From the human T2T-CHM13v2.0 reference genome, Homo sapiens: 64,000 nucleotides of DNA. The stretch lies in NCBI RefSeq assembly GCF_009914755.1, contig NC_060928.1. One strand, given 5' to 3'. Made by a program: the position numbers and the translations under genes. Positions 53,890 through 64,000 of this stretch are shown piece after piece; the first letter of the stretch is position 1; each line of letters begins with the position of its first letter. Below the pieces are notes generated by a model that saw only the letters and a list, made by a program, of their open reading frames with translations, was not told the DNA's origin and made no database searches.

Positions 53890-54560
53890 GGGGAATAGCA
53901 ATACTGAATGTGGCTGGAACTGAGAATGCCTGTCGCAGGCAGGAGCAACTGAAGGGATGGCAACTGCTGAGACTATAAATAAAGTTAAGCACAAATTGGG
54001 GCATGAAGAACATTTATGCCATCCTAGCAGGGCTGGATTTTTTTTCCCCCTGGAAGTGACAAAGAATAATTAAAGAATTGCAGAGAAGTGTTATATAATC
54101 AACTTGCATGTTAGAAATAGCTTCTGGTGATAGTTGAGAGAATTATTTGGGGGAAGGAAACTCAAGAATTTGACTAGGGATATCAGTTAACCAACTAAGA
54201 AATAGTTAATGAGTGGAAAAATGAAGTCTTTGCTAAAAGAAGTGATAGTAGGTTTACAGAGAAAGGAATAGAATTCAAAGGTATCTTACAGACAGCATCA
54301 ACAGAATTTGAGACCAACCAATGAGGATCATCAGGAGAGAGATCAGAATTATCAAGATGAACTTAGCAGGTATACTATGCCATTATGCCTAAACAGAGAC
54401 AGGGTGGGTGAAAAAGGAGAAGCAGATTCGTAGGTAAGATCAGGAATTCAGTTGAGGGTTCCTTGTGGTTGATGTGGCTTCAGGCCATTTAAGGGAAGAT
54501 ACTTAACAGAAAAGTGTAACATTGACTTGGATATGTATGTCAAGTCTTCACCATCATACA
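53890..54560 (-). mobile_element. L2 LINE relic
   Basis: gtgtggctggaac-like start, ttgcatgttagaaatagcttctgg, gatcaggaattcagtt...gttgatgtggcttcaggccatttaagggaagat. Confidence 0.55.
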
Positions 54561-56029
54561 TTTCGTGTTAAAGCCAAACTTAAACTAGAGGGTTGAAAAA
54601 CTAAGACAAAGCAAAGTGAGTACTACAACTGAGAAAATAAATGTTCTATCCAAACAAAATGTTAAAAATTAAATGTAATCAATAACAGAGACTGCAAATT
54701 AAATTAGTAATAATAATCTGTAGCTAAGGAAAAGCAATTCAGAATTTAAATAACAAAAACAAAAAAGTTGTGAAGATAAACACTTATTAGGTGCCTAAAT
54801 ATGAATATATTCATTAATAAAATGGTAAAATTATCTTGGTATTTTAGAGAAATATTGATCTTTTCACATGTATTGCATCAGTATAAACAAATGAAGCATT
54901 ATTAAATTTTCATTAGAGTTTCATTAGAATTGATATCCAAATTAATACAAAATTCTAAAAAGCAAAATGTTTAATACTGCAGATGACATGAAACATAAGA
55001 ATAACAAGAAAGGATTTTTAAAAGAAGAGAAGGATAAAATTATGACTGAAATAAAACCTACCGTTTATTACTACAGTATATTGCTGTAAGTACAAAGGTT
55101 AAACTCTAACGTTTGAAGAAGAATGATCTTCTTCAAACTGGGCCATAAAACAAAAGCATCAAAATATAACTAGTTCTCACAAATCTACGTGAGAAATCAA
55201 TGGAAATGATTATAGGGATCAGAAAATATGTGACAAAAAATACTAAACAACAAAACTCACAACAAAATGAATGCAATGTGGAAATATTCATGTCTGATAG
55301 AGGAAAATTAAAAGGTAAAAAGTCAATCATGGACACAAGGTAATTTTAAATATTTGTGTAAATAAACACCCAACCACAATGAGGATGTAACAATGGGGAA
55401 AAAGGTCTCTCACCTTGTAAAATCCATTAAAATATCTGATACAAACCTTAAAGAATATAAGAACGATAAAATATAGATTTTAAAATATGAAGCAGGCTAA
55501 ACAATTAATAAGTCCATAAAGCAGTTTAATAACAGAAAATAGACACTACATGAAACCCTACATGCGATCCTATGAAAATGTCAAGCTCCACCCATTTGAT
55601 GGAGATTGGAGACAGGAGGTCTAAAAACATAAGGAGAGCTGGAAGTAGTTTAAACTTTATACATAGAACTATTGCATTCCTTGTCTCCATACTTTTTCCT
55701 TAATCATCTGACTCCATCTTTAAGAACTCCTTGGCATTTATCCTCAGGTAGCAACACCATTTGTCATCAACTCCAAGGAAATTCACTTTCTTTTTTGGGA
55801 AAAAATAAATCCATTGAAATAGTGGATTTGCTTTTTAAAAAGGTCCTTTATGTTCCGGCTTATGGAATTTTTCCCAATCTAAATGCTTTTTGCTTGCTTT
55901 GTACTAGGTAGCTCATAAGAGAAACAAGTGATGCTTTGCTCATATACTTAAGGTGTGTGTTTCATCAGCTTCCCAATGTATGGAAGAAAGCTAGTTGAAG
56001 AAACAGAAATACATATAAAATATTATCTA

Positions 56030-56215
56030 GAGTGGCAGAGTTGCTTCTGGAGTCAAACTGAGTTTCAATCCTGTATACTGTACTTACTATTAATAGCTAG
56101 GCAGCCTTGAAAATATATTTATCCTCTTTCTGTCTCTGTTTCCTCACTTCATCTACAAAGTATGGATAGTACTATTGCCTATCTCATAGAGTTTGTAAGA
56201 ATTTAATTAATTAAT
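56030..56215 (+). mobile_element. MIR SINE relic
   Basis: ttctggagtcaaactgagtttcaatcctg...cttact..tagctaggcagccttg...tgtctctgtttcctca..catctacaaagtatggatagta...cctatctcatagagttt. Confidence 0.7.
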
Positions 56216-56769
56216 TTGTTTGAGCATTGTGTAAAGAAAAACAGCATTGTGGAAGAGAATACCAAAATAAGTTAGACTAATTCAGCCCATCAGCCCATTT
56301 GTTAAGAGTGTAGTTTGGAAAGAATGATAACTTTTAAAAGATTCTATGTAAACAAAAATAAATATTCTTCATAAAATCACTAAAGTATATAATGTAGTGA
56401 AAAAATTACAATAGCAGCACCAATCACCACAACAAGATAAGTAACCTAAACTTAACCTTTAGAAATACGTGAGATCCACATAAAGGAAATGTTAAAATAC
56501 CACTGAGGAAGAAATGTGTACGCACACACACATATATGCCAAATCTGAACCAACGGAACAGCTTCTCCATACCCTAATGATGCCATTTCTTCCTACATTC
56601 ATCTATTACTCTATAACATTTACATGAACTTAATGAAAATAATTGATAAAATTTGTTCTTATTGCTTAGAACTATACAAAGTGATTCCATAGTCCATAGG
56701 TTAAACAGTGACATCAGTCCAGAATCTTTGAAAAACAAGAGTGATCATAAGAGATGTGTATGATAACAT

Positions 56770-57350
56770 ATTAATTACCAAAAAGTTTTGACAATAAGAC
56801 CCTGTGTGTGAGCAGAGAAATTCAGGCAGAGGGTATTAATTCAAAGGTCTTAAAACAGTAATAATCTTGGCACGTTCAGAAAATCAACCCAAAGTAGCTG
56901 TCACATAATGCGTGAAGGAGTGCAGTAGTAGGAGTGAGACCAGAGGGAAGGGCTGGTGCCAGGTTATCTGTAACCTTGTAGGCAAGGGAAGGATTTTTAC
57001 AATTTGTTAAAAGGGTCTTCTATAGAGCCACTATCATAAATTTGTGGAAAAGATGGAATTAACCATAAATATAGACAAAAGAAGGCCAAGAACAAGAATT
57101 TGGAATGCATCTGTCATGAGGGGAAGACAAAGGAAGATGGATAACACAGCACAGAAATGAAGCAGGCTTTGTGAAATAGAATTAGGAGGAGAGTTACCAT
57201 TTAAGACAAATACAAAGAAAAAATGTTCTTGAATAAGAAAGTTGATATAGAAAAATTTAAATACTGCAGAGAGTTTAAGAGATATTGAACAAGAGTCCAT
57301 TTAATTTGTAAATTATGATTAGCTTTGAAGAGTTTTTTCATAAATACAGA
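56770..57350 (-). mobile_element. L2 LINE relic
   Basis: ttcaggcagaggg...caaaggtctt...ccttgtaggcaagggaaggatttt...aaatactgcagagagtttaagaga...gtccatttaattt. Confidence 0.55.
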
Positions 57351-58883
57351 AAGGAAATCACAGCTTCTAACAGCCATGCATTACACTTCTTAAAACATTT
57401 TTTAAATATTTTGTTTGGTTTCAGTCCTCAAATGCTGAAAATCGGTAACGTATGTTTATCCAAGTAATTTGCTTTCATAGAGTCACAGATCTGTGGAATT
57501 TTGTATACTTCATACTTCTGTAATAGGCTACATGGACATTTAATTATGCCATTAGACTACATGAATATTTGAAAGTGATATTATTTTGATTCATCACAAG
57601 AAAGTCACATACTTCAGGTGATACTTTTCAGTAGTTACTTATTAGCATTTATTAAGTTTAATTCTTTCTACGTCGACTTTGTGCATAATAGAGCAATTTG
57701 TCCAATTAGAAATGAAGCAAAGTTATTTGGCACATTCTGGAATCCAGGGCCCTATTTTATATAGAGACCATGGCCCATACTATTTAATTTTTTAAATTCA
57801 TTTATTGTATTGTTCTTTTCTAGCTTTAGTATATTTTTGCCCTGACAGACATGCCATTTAAAAATGGTAAAACTGTTTTAAAATGTAGTATATTTATAAT
57901 ATTTATATTTAGCAATACCAATTTTGATCATTATTGCTATTTAGACAATTACAATAATGATTTAAATTTCATGAGCCCTTTCATGAATGAAAAACGTAAG
58001 CAAGACAGTCCTTCTTTGACCTGTCATCTATTCCACTCACCCTCATGTCCCATAACTTGTGCAATAATACTGTGCTAAAACGAAATTTCTGCTTCTCTTT
58101 TTTCTTCTATTTTTCTTGTTTTACTATACAAATGTTGACAAGAGACTGCATGCTGTACATTACTTTGCATTTAAGCACGGAATACATTTATTTTAAAATT
58201 TAGTATTGAGAAAAGTCCCCCCACACCCCCCTAAGAAATAATTGTGTCTCCTTATTTCAGATAGGGAAGAGGTGGTCCCTAAAGACTTGGCTGTTTAGTT
58301 GAGATTAGTTTTAAATCTTAAATCTATTATGATAGCCTTTTCAGGAATATAAATGTGGTTTACTTTTCTTTGGTCTTGATTTTCTATTTCTATTCCACTT
58401 TATTTCATATTTTTAATAGTTAATATTTTCATTAATACAACAGGAAAAGCAAAAATAAATAAAATTTTATTGTCAGTATTGGATGGTAAAAATTTAGCGT
58501 CTGAGTCAAAAAGAGAGTTTACTGGTTCTAATTAAACTTCTCCCATTTACTGAAGAATTTATTTATTATAACTATTGTTCCCAGTTATCATGGTTATTCT
58601 ATTTGGCGAAATAATGTAGCCATTTTTCTTTCTTCATATGTTTTTGTTTTCTCACTAGTGAAATGAGACACTACTTCACTTTTTTTAAAATACTGGGCTT
58701 AGCACAATTTTAAAGTTTTTATATTTCAGAAGAGAAAAAATACTGTGTATTGTCAAAGGATTGATCTGCCACCTAGTCTTTCACCTTGAACTTATTTTAG
58801 AGCAATGTCATGGTTTTCTTTATAAGTTTGGAAGAAAACAGTCATTGCTAAATTTGCATTTGAATCAAATAGTAATTGTCTTA

Positions 58884-59077
<194 letters not shown>

Positions 59078-59843
59078 AAAACTTTTTTGTATATAATTGA
59101 ATAATATTACACACTGTCTTGTGACTCACAATTGTACCCTTTCTCTCATAGAAGAAACCTCATTTTATTTATAAAGTGATTTCTGCCTTCATATTCTAGT
59201 ATTTCATTGAATCTAGCTTGTTTCTGTCTTCAACCAGATTACTTCATTTTCATACCATCATACCTGGGCTTTTCCTTTGGCCTGGTGCACTTGGAATACC
59301 TTTTTGAAATTGTCATTCTGGTTGTTGATGGACTCTCAGCCCTAGATGTTGCCTTTTTGATTTCCCCTAGTTTGACAACACAAAACTGGGAACCATCTCC
59401 TTCCTTAATACTGATCTCACTCAAGACTCATGAATCCTTCAAGGTTTTCAACCCTGATGCACTAATTGTCTTTAAGTTGAGATCAACAGAAAGTGAGTGT
59501 ACAAGACAATTTCTTAGAAAAATCTGCAACAAAAGATAAAGCAATGGTTAAAGCAATTACTTACTAAAGTCAATTCTGTTACAGTGTAAGCTAAAAAAAT
59601 TAACTTCGTAAAAATATTTTAAACAACACAGGGATCTTATATAGTTTTACAAATATTGGAGATATTAGTTTGTGTCAGTTTTATGACCCAGACTTGATAT
59701 TCTGTGCTGCTCTGTTGTAAAAATCACAAGCCTAATCATTCCAAATCTGCTCCTAAACTAGGAAAAGAGGCTATTTTTTTAGAATATAGTACTAATGCAA
59801 CTTACATTATGGAAACCTTTGAATTATTATTTTACTTTAAAGG

Positions 59844-60151
59844 TTTTTTTTTTTTTTTTTTTTTTTTGGAGACAGAGTCTCGCTCTGTTGCTCAGGCTGG
59901 AGTGCAATGGCACAAATCTCGGCTCACTGCATCCTCCGCCTCCTGGGTTCAAGCAATTCTTCTGCCTCAGCCTCCGGAGTAGCTGGGACTACAGGCGAAT
60001 GCCACCACGCCTGGCTAATTTTTTTGTATTTTTAGTAGAGATGGGGTTTCACAGTGTTAGCCAGGATGGTTTCGATCTCCTGACTTCATGATCCGCCCAC
60101 CTTGGCCTCCAAAAGTACTGGGATTACAGGCATCAGCCACTGTGCCCGGCC
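59844..60151 (-). mobile_element. Alu, AluSc8/Y-type, full length
   Basis: Long T tract, gtgttagccaggatggtttcgatctcctgac, ends cccggcc. Confidence 0.95.
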
Positions 60152-60935
60152 TACAAGATTTTTTAAATGAGTACAGCATTCAAGATTTGGAAGGCAAATA
60201 TTAATTCCAGTAAATGACTTTTGCTTCTGGCCACAATCATAGCTACCATCACAAGCCATTTCATGAGTATTTGATACCTACAACTAGCAGTGCTTCTTCT
60301 CCAGGGACACCTTCAGTACATAACTGACTTCTGAATCCATTCTCCCATCCAGTTCAGGCTACAACGTGGGAGGGGAAGTGATATATACCACTCCATAGGT
60401 TATTTTTACTAGCAATATTGGCTCCTCCATATACTCTGTTTTTCCTTTTGCTGGCTTGATTCAGAGAACTCCAAGGCACTAGGAGATAATGAAGTCACAA
60501 AAATGGAAGGAATGTGGCACTAGCTTTAATGTTAACTTGTGTGAACTTCTATTGGCACAGACGAAATGCACATCCACAAAATTGAAAAATTTGGATTACT
60601 GTTGCCAAAGATTTTTTTAACTGATGTATCACCATATTAGACCATTACCAATTAAATTTTAGTTCTTTTTTAAAATTATTGTTTAATTTTGTTTTTGAGC
60701 AAAATTCTCAGGAATAGAATTTATTTTCCCAGTTACTATAAGGAGCATATCTTTTGTTTGCTTTATATTTTTGGACTTCTATTTTAGAATTTTATTATTA
60801 TATTAAATGTCTTTTAGTCTCTGATGATGGTTAAAATTTAGAGAAACATCTGTTTCTTGTGAGAGACTAGTGGAGATTATACTTAAAAAAAGTAACTAAT
60901 ATACATTGTATATTATAGACTCTATAATTAGTTAT

Positions 60936-61320
60936 TGTAAGGTCCCCTGAGCTAGCCACACCATGGTCAAGCTATGGTGACATTCCCCCACCCTTGTGAT
61001 AATGTACTTTGTGATATTCCCCCACCATCCCCACCGCCCCCACCCCTGTCTTTGTGAATGTACTTTGTAACATTCCTCCCGACCCTTGTGACAATACACC
61101 CTCCAGCCCTTGTGAATATACTTTGTAACATCCATCCCCTGCCTGCAAATATTGCTCCTGACTCCACCACCTATCCCAAACCTGTAAGAACCAATGATAA
61201 TCGCACCACCCTTCGCTGACTCCTTTCTCGGACTCAGCCCATTTGCACCCAAGTGAATAAACAACCTTGTTGCTCTCGTTAAGCCTGTTCAGGTGGTGTC
61301 TTATACGGACACATGTAACA
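60936..61320 (+). mobile_element. 5' LTR of HERV-H-like provirus (LTR7 family, probably LTR7C-like)
   Basis: TG...CA ends. U3 repeats cccttgtgaatgtactttgt. R/U5 matches LTR7 (gctgactcctttctcggactcagccc..tgcacccaagtgaataaaca..cttgttgctc). Immediately followed by a PBS. Confidence 0.88.
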
Positions 61321-61322
61321 TT

Positions 61323-61341
61323 TGGTGCCGAAGACCTGGGA
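61323..61341 (+). other. Retroviral primer-binding site, tRNA-Phe-like
   Basis: tggtgccgaagacctggga versus the tRNA-Phe complement TGGTGCCGAAACCCGGGA (one insertion, one substitution). The canonical HERV-H His PBS is TGGTGCCGTGACTCGGAT. Confidence 0.7.
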
Positions 61342-61858
61342 CAGGGGAACTCCTTCAGAAGACCAGTCACCTGTCCTCATGCTCCCTCCGTGAGGAGATC
61401 CACCTATGACCTTGGGTCATCAGACCTGCCAGCTCAAGGACCATCTCACCAATTTCAAATCACTAAGCAGTTCTTTGCACTCAGATAAGCAGTTTTTTCA
61501 CTCTCTACCTAACCTCTCTCGCCTCCCTTCAATCTCTCTCCTTTCAATTTAAATTTCTCTCCCTTCCTGGTAGAGACAAAAAGGAGACACACTTTATCCG
61601 TGCATTCAAAAACTCCGACCTTGGTCACGGGCTTGGGAAGACAGTCTTCCCTTGGTGTCTGATCACTGTGGGGATGCCTGCCTTGATCATTCACCAACAT
61701 TCCCTTGGTAGCAAGTCAATTTGCAGGCATGCCTGCTTTGGCTGCTCACCCACATTACAGCCCTGGACTCAGTCAGGGACGCCTACTGGAAGCCTGGTAG
61801 CTGTTCACCTCTATTTCTCGGTGTCTCTACCTTCCTCTATCAACTTACCTTCTCCACT

Positions 61859-63463
61859 ATGGGCAACCTTCTGCCATCCATTCCTCCCTCTTCCTCCTTA
61901 GCCTGTGTTCTTAAAAAGCTAAAACCCCTTAGACTAACACCTGACCTAAAACCTAAATGCCTTATTTTCTTCTGTAATACCGCTTGGCCCCAATACAAAC
62001 TCGACAATAGTTCCAAGTGGCCAGAGAATGGCATTTTCGATTTGTCCATCCTACAAGACCTAGATAATTTTTGTCGAAACTTGGGCAAATGGTCTGAGCT
62101 GCCTTATGTCCACGCAATTTTTATACTTCACTCTCTCCCTAGTCTCTGCTCCCAATGTGACTTGTCCCACATTTTCCTTCTTTCTCTCCTGTCCACTCCT
62201 TCAGTCTAAACCCCTAGCTCAGAGTCCTCTGAAACCTTCTTTTCCACTGACCCGTCTAATCTCTCTTCTCCTCCCGTAGTTGCTCCTTGCCAGGCTGAAT
62301 AGGGTCCCAGGCTGAATCAGGTCCCAATTCTTCAGTAGCCTCTGCTCCCCCACCCTATAACCCTTCTATTACCTCCCATCCTCACACCCTGTCTGGCTTA
62401 CAGTTTCGTTCCATGACTAGCTCTCTTCGACCTGCCCAACAATCTCCTCTTAGAGAGGTGGCTAGAGCTGAAAACATAGTCAGGGTACATGTGCCTTTTT
62501 CTCTATCAGATCTTTCCCAAATCAGCCAGCGTTTAGGCTGTTTCTCATCAGACCCCACTAAATATATACAGGAATTCCGATATCTAACTCAGTCCTACAA
62601 TTTAACCTGGAGTGACTTAAATGTCATCCTGACCTCTACCTTCTCCCTAGATGAATGAGAAAGAGTTTATTTTTTAGCCCAGTCCAGTCAGACACCTGCC
62701 AGCTTCATGAGCCAGGCCTCCAAGAGGGCACCAGGGCAGTTTCCTGAGAGGATCCCCATTGGCAATACCAGATGGACTCCCCAGGTATAGCTAGGCAAGA
62801 TTACATGGTCTCCTGCTTAGTCAAGGGACTCAAAAAGGCAGCATACAAAGCTGTTAATTATGGCAAGCTAAAGGAAACTACCCAAGGTAAAGATGAAAAC
62901 CTAGCCCAGTTCATGGTCTGCTTAGCAGCTACCCTTAGACACTTTACAGCCCTAGACTCAGAGGGGCCAGAAGGCCACCTTATTCTTAATATGCATTTTA
63001 TCACCCAATCTGCTCCTGACATTAGAAAAAATCTCCAAAAGTTGGATTCTATCCCCCCCCCGCAACAGGATGTAATCAAACTCGCCTCTCTGTTCAATAA
63101 CAGAGAAGAAGCCGCCGAGTGGCAACGTAGCTCTGAGTTACAGCTACTGGCCTCCATGTAAAACAACCCACAACCATGTCTCCAGCATACAAAACCTTCA
63201 GAACATCCAAGCCACCTTTCCCAGGGGATCCTTCAAATCCTCTTTGTGGACCTTACTTCAAATGACAAAAGTCTGGCCACTGGGCCTTGAAATGCCCTCA
63301 GCCCAGGATTTCTCCTAAGCCATGCCCTGTCTGTACGGGCCCCCACTGGAAGTCAGACTCTCTCACTCACATCACCACAGCTCCTAAAGCTCGTGGAGCT
63401 CAAACCCAATGTTTCTTGGCCGTCTCCTTCACAGATCTCCTCGGCTTAGCGGCTGAAGACTGA
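61859..63463 (+). pseudogene. gag: Disrupted HERV-H-like gag
   Basis: MGNLLPSIPP start, MA motif LIFFCNTAWPQYKL, PPPY late domain at 62347-62358, CA VRVHVPFSLSDL and MHR TQGKDENLAQF, two degenerate zinc knuckles at 63251-63360, end DLLGLAAED-stop. Multiple stops and frameshifts. Confidence 0.9.
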
Positions 63464-63802
63464 TGCTGCCCAATAGCCTCAGAAGCCCCCTGGACCATCA
63501 CAGATGCCGAGCTTCAGGTAACTCTTATAGTGGAGGGTAAGTCCATCACCTGTTTAATTGATATGGGGGCTACCCATTCCACATTACCTTCTTTTCAAGG
63601 ACCTGTTTCCCTTGCCCCCATAACTGTTGTGGGTATTGACAGCCAGGCTTCTAGACCCCTTAAAACTCCCCAACTCTGGTGTCAACTTGGACAACATTCT
63701 TTTATGCACTCTTTTTTAGTTATCCCCACTTGCCCAGTTCCCTTATTAGGTCGAGGCATTTTAACTAAATTATCTGCTTCCCTGACTATTCCTGGACTAT
63801 AG
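63464..63802 (+). pseudogene. pro: Disrupted retroviral protease
   Basis: In frame after the gag stop: LIDMGATHS (catalytic DTG changed to DMG) and CPVPLLGRGIL. TAG stop at 63800-63802 interrupts pro-pol. Confidence 0.88.
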
Positions 63803-64000
63803 CCACACCTCATTGCTGCCCTTTTACCCAATTCAAGGCCTCCTTTGAATCCTTCTCTTTTGTCTCCCTATGTTAATCCACAAGTATGAGATACCTCTAG
63901 TCCCTCCTTGGCAACCAATCAGGCACCCCTTACCATCCCATTAAAACCTAGTCACCCTTACTCTGCTCAATGCCAGTATGCCATCCCACAACAGGCTTTA

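Larger units (their letters stand above)
61321..64000 (+). mobile_element. HERV-H-like internal region (leader, gag, pro, start of pol), continues past the window
   Basis: Leader gagatccacctatgaccttgggtcatcagacc and cttgggaagacagtcttcccttggtgt match HERVH-int; C-rich composition typical of HERV-H. Confidence 0.92.

Noticed and set aside
61460-62330. Short tandem duplications in the ERV (taagcagtt..ttgcactc near 61464-61503; ccaggctgaat..ggtc near 62290-62326)
   Set aside because: Ordinary replication-slippage duplications in a dead provirus.

Overview
AT-rich primate (human/great-ape-like) genomic DNA made almost entirely of interspersed repeats and non-coding sequence. I recognise no host protein-coding exon, RNA gene or CpG island, so this is a gene desert or the interior of a large intron. 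The supplied ORFs are chance ORFs or read through Alu, L1 and ERV sequence. Main content: about 9 Alu-family SINEs, MIR and L2 relics, several solo LTRs (MLT1, MST with a nested MER1B, MER31, LTR47B, LTR12) and a short twin-primed L1PA. A near full-length L1MA2/3-type element (about 41.1-51.9 kb) sits in an MLT1H-like LTR and itself carries an LTR12, an inverted L1PA13-15-type element and an AluJ. From 60936 to the window end lies the 5' part of an old HERV-H-like provirus with a tRNA-Phe-like primer site and an undeleted but dead gag-pro. I found no evidence for a novel biological system; the findings are structural oddities of repeat insertion and local duplication. Subfamily names come from remembered consensus sequences and need RepeatMasker/Dfam confirmation.
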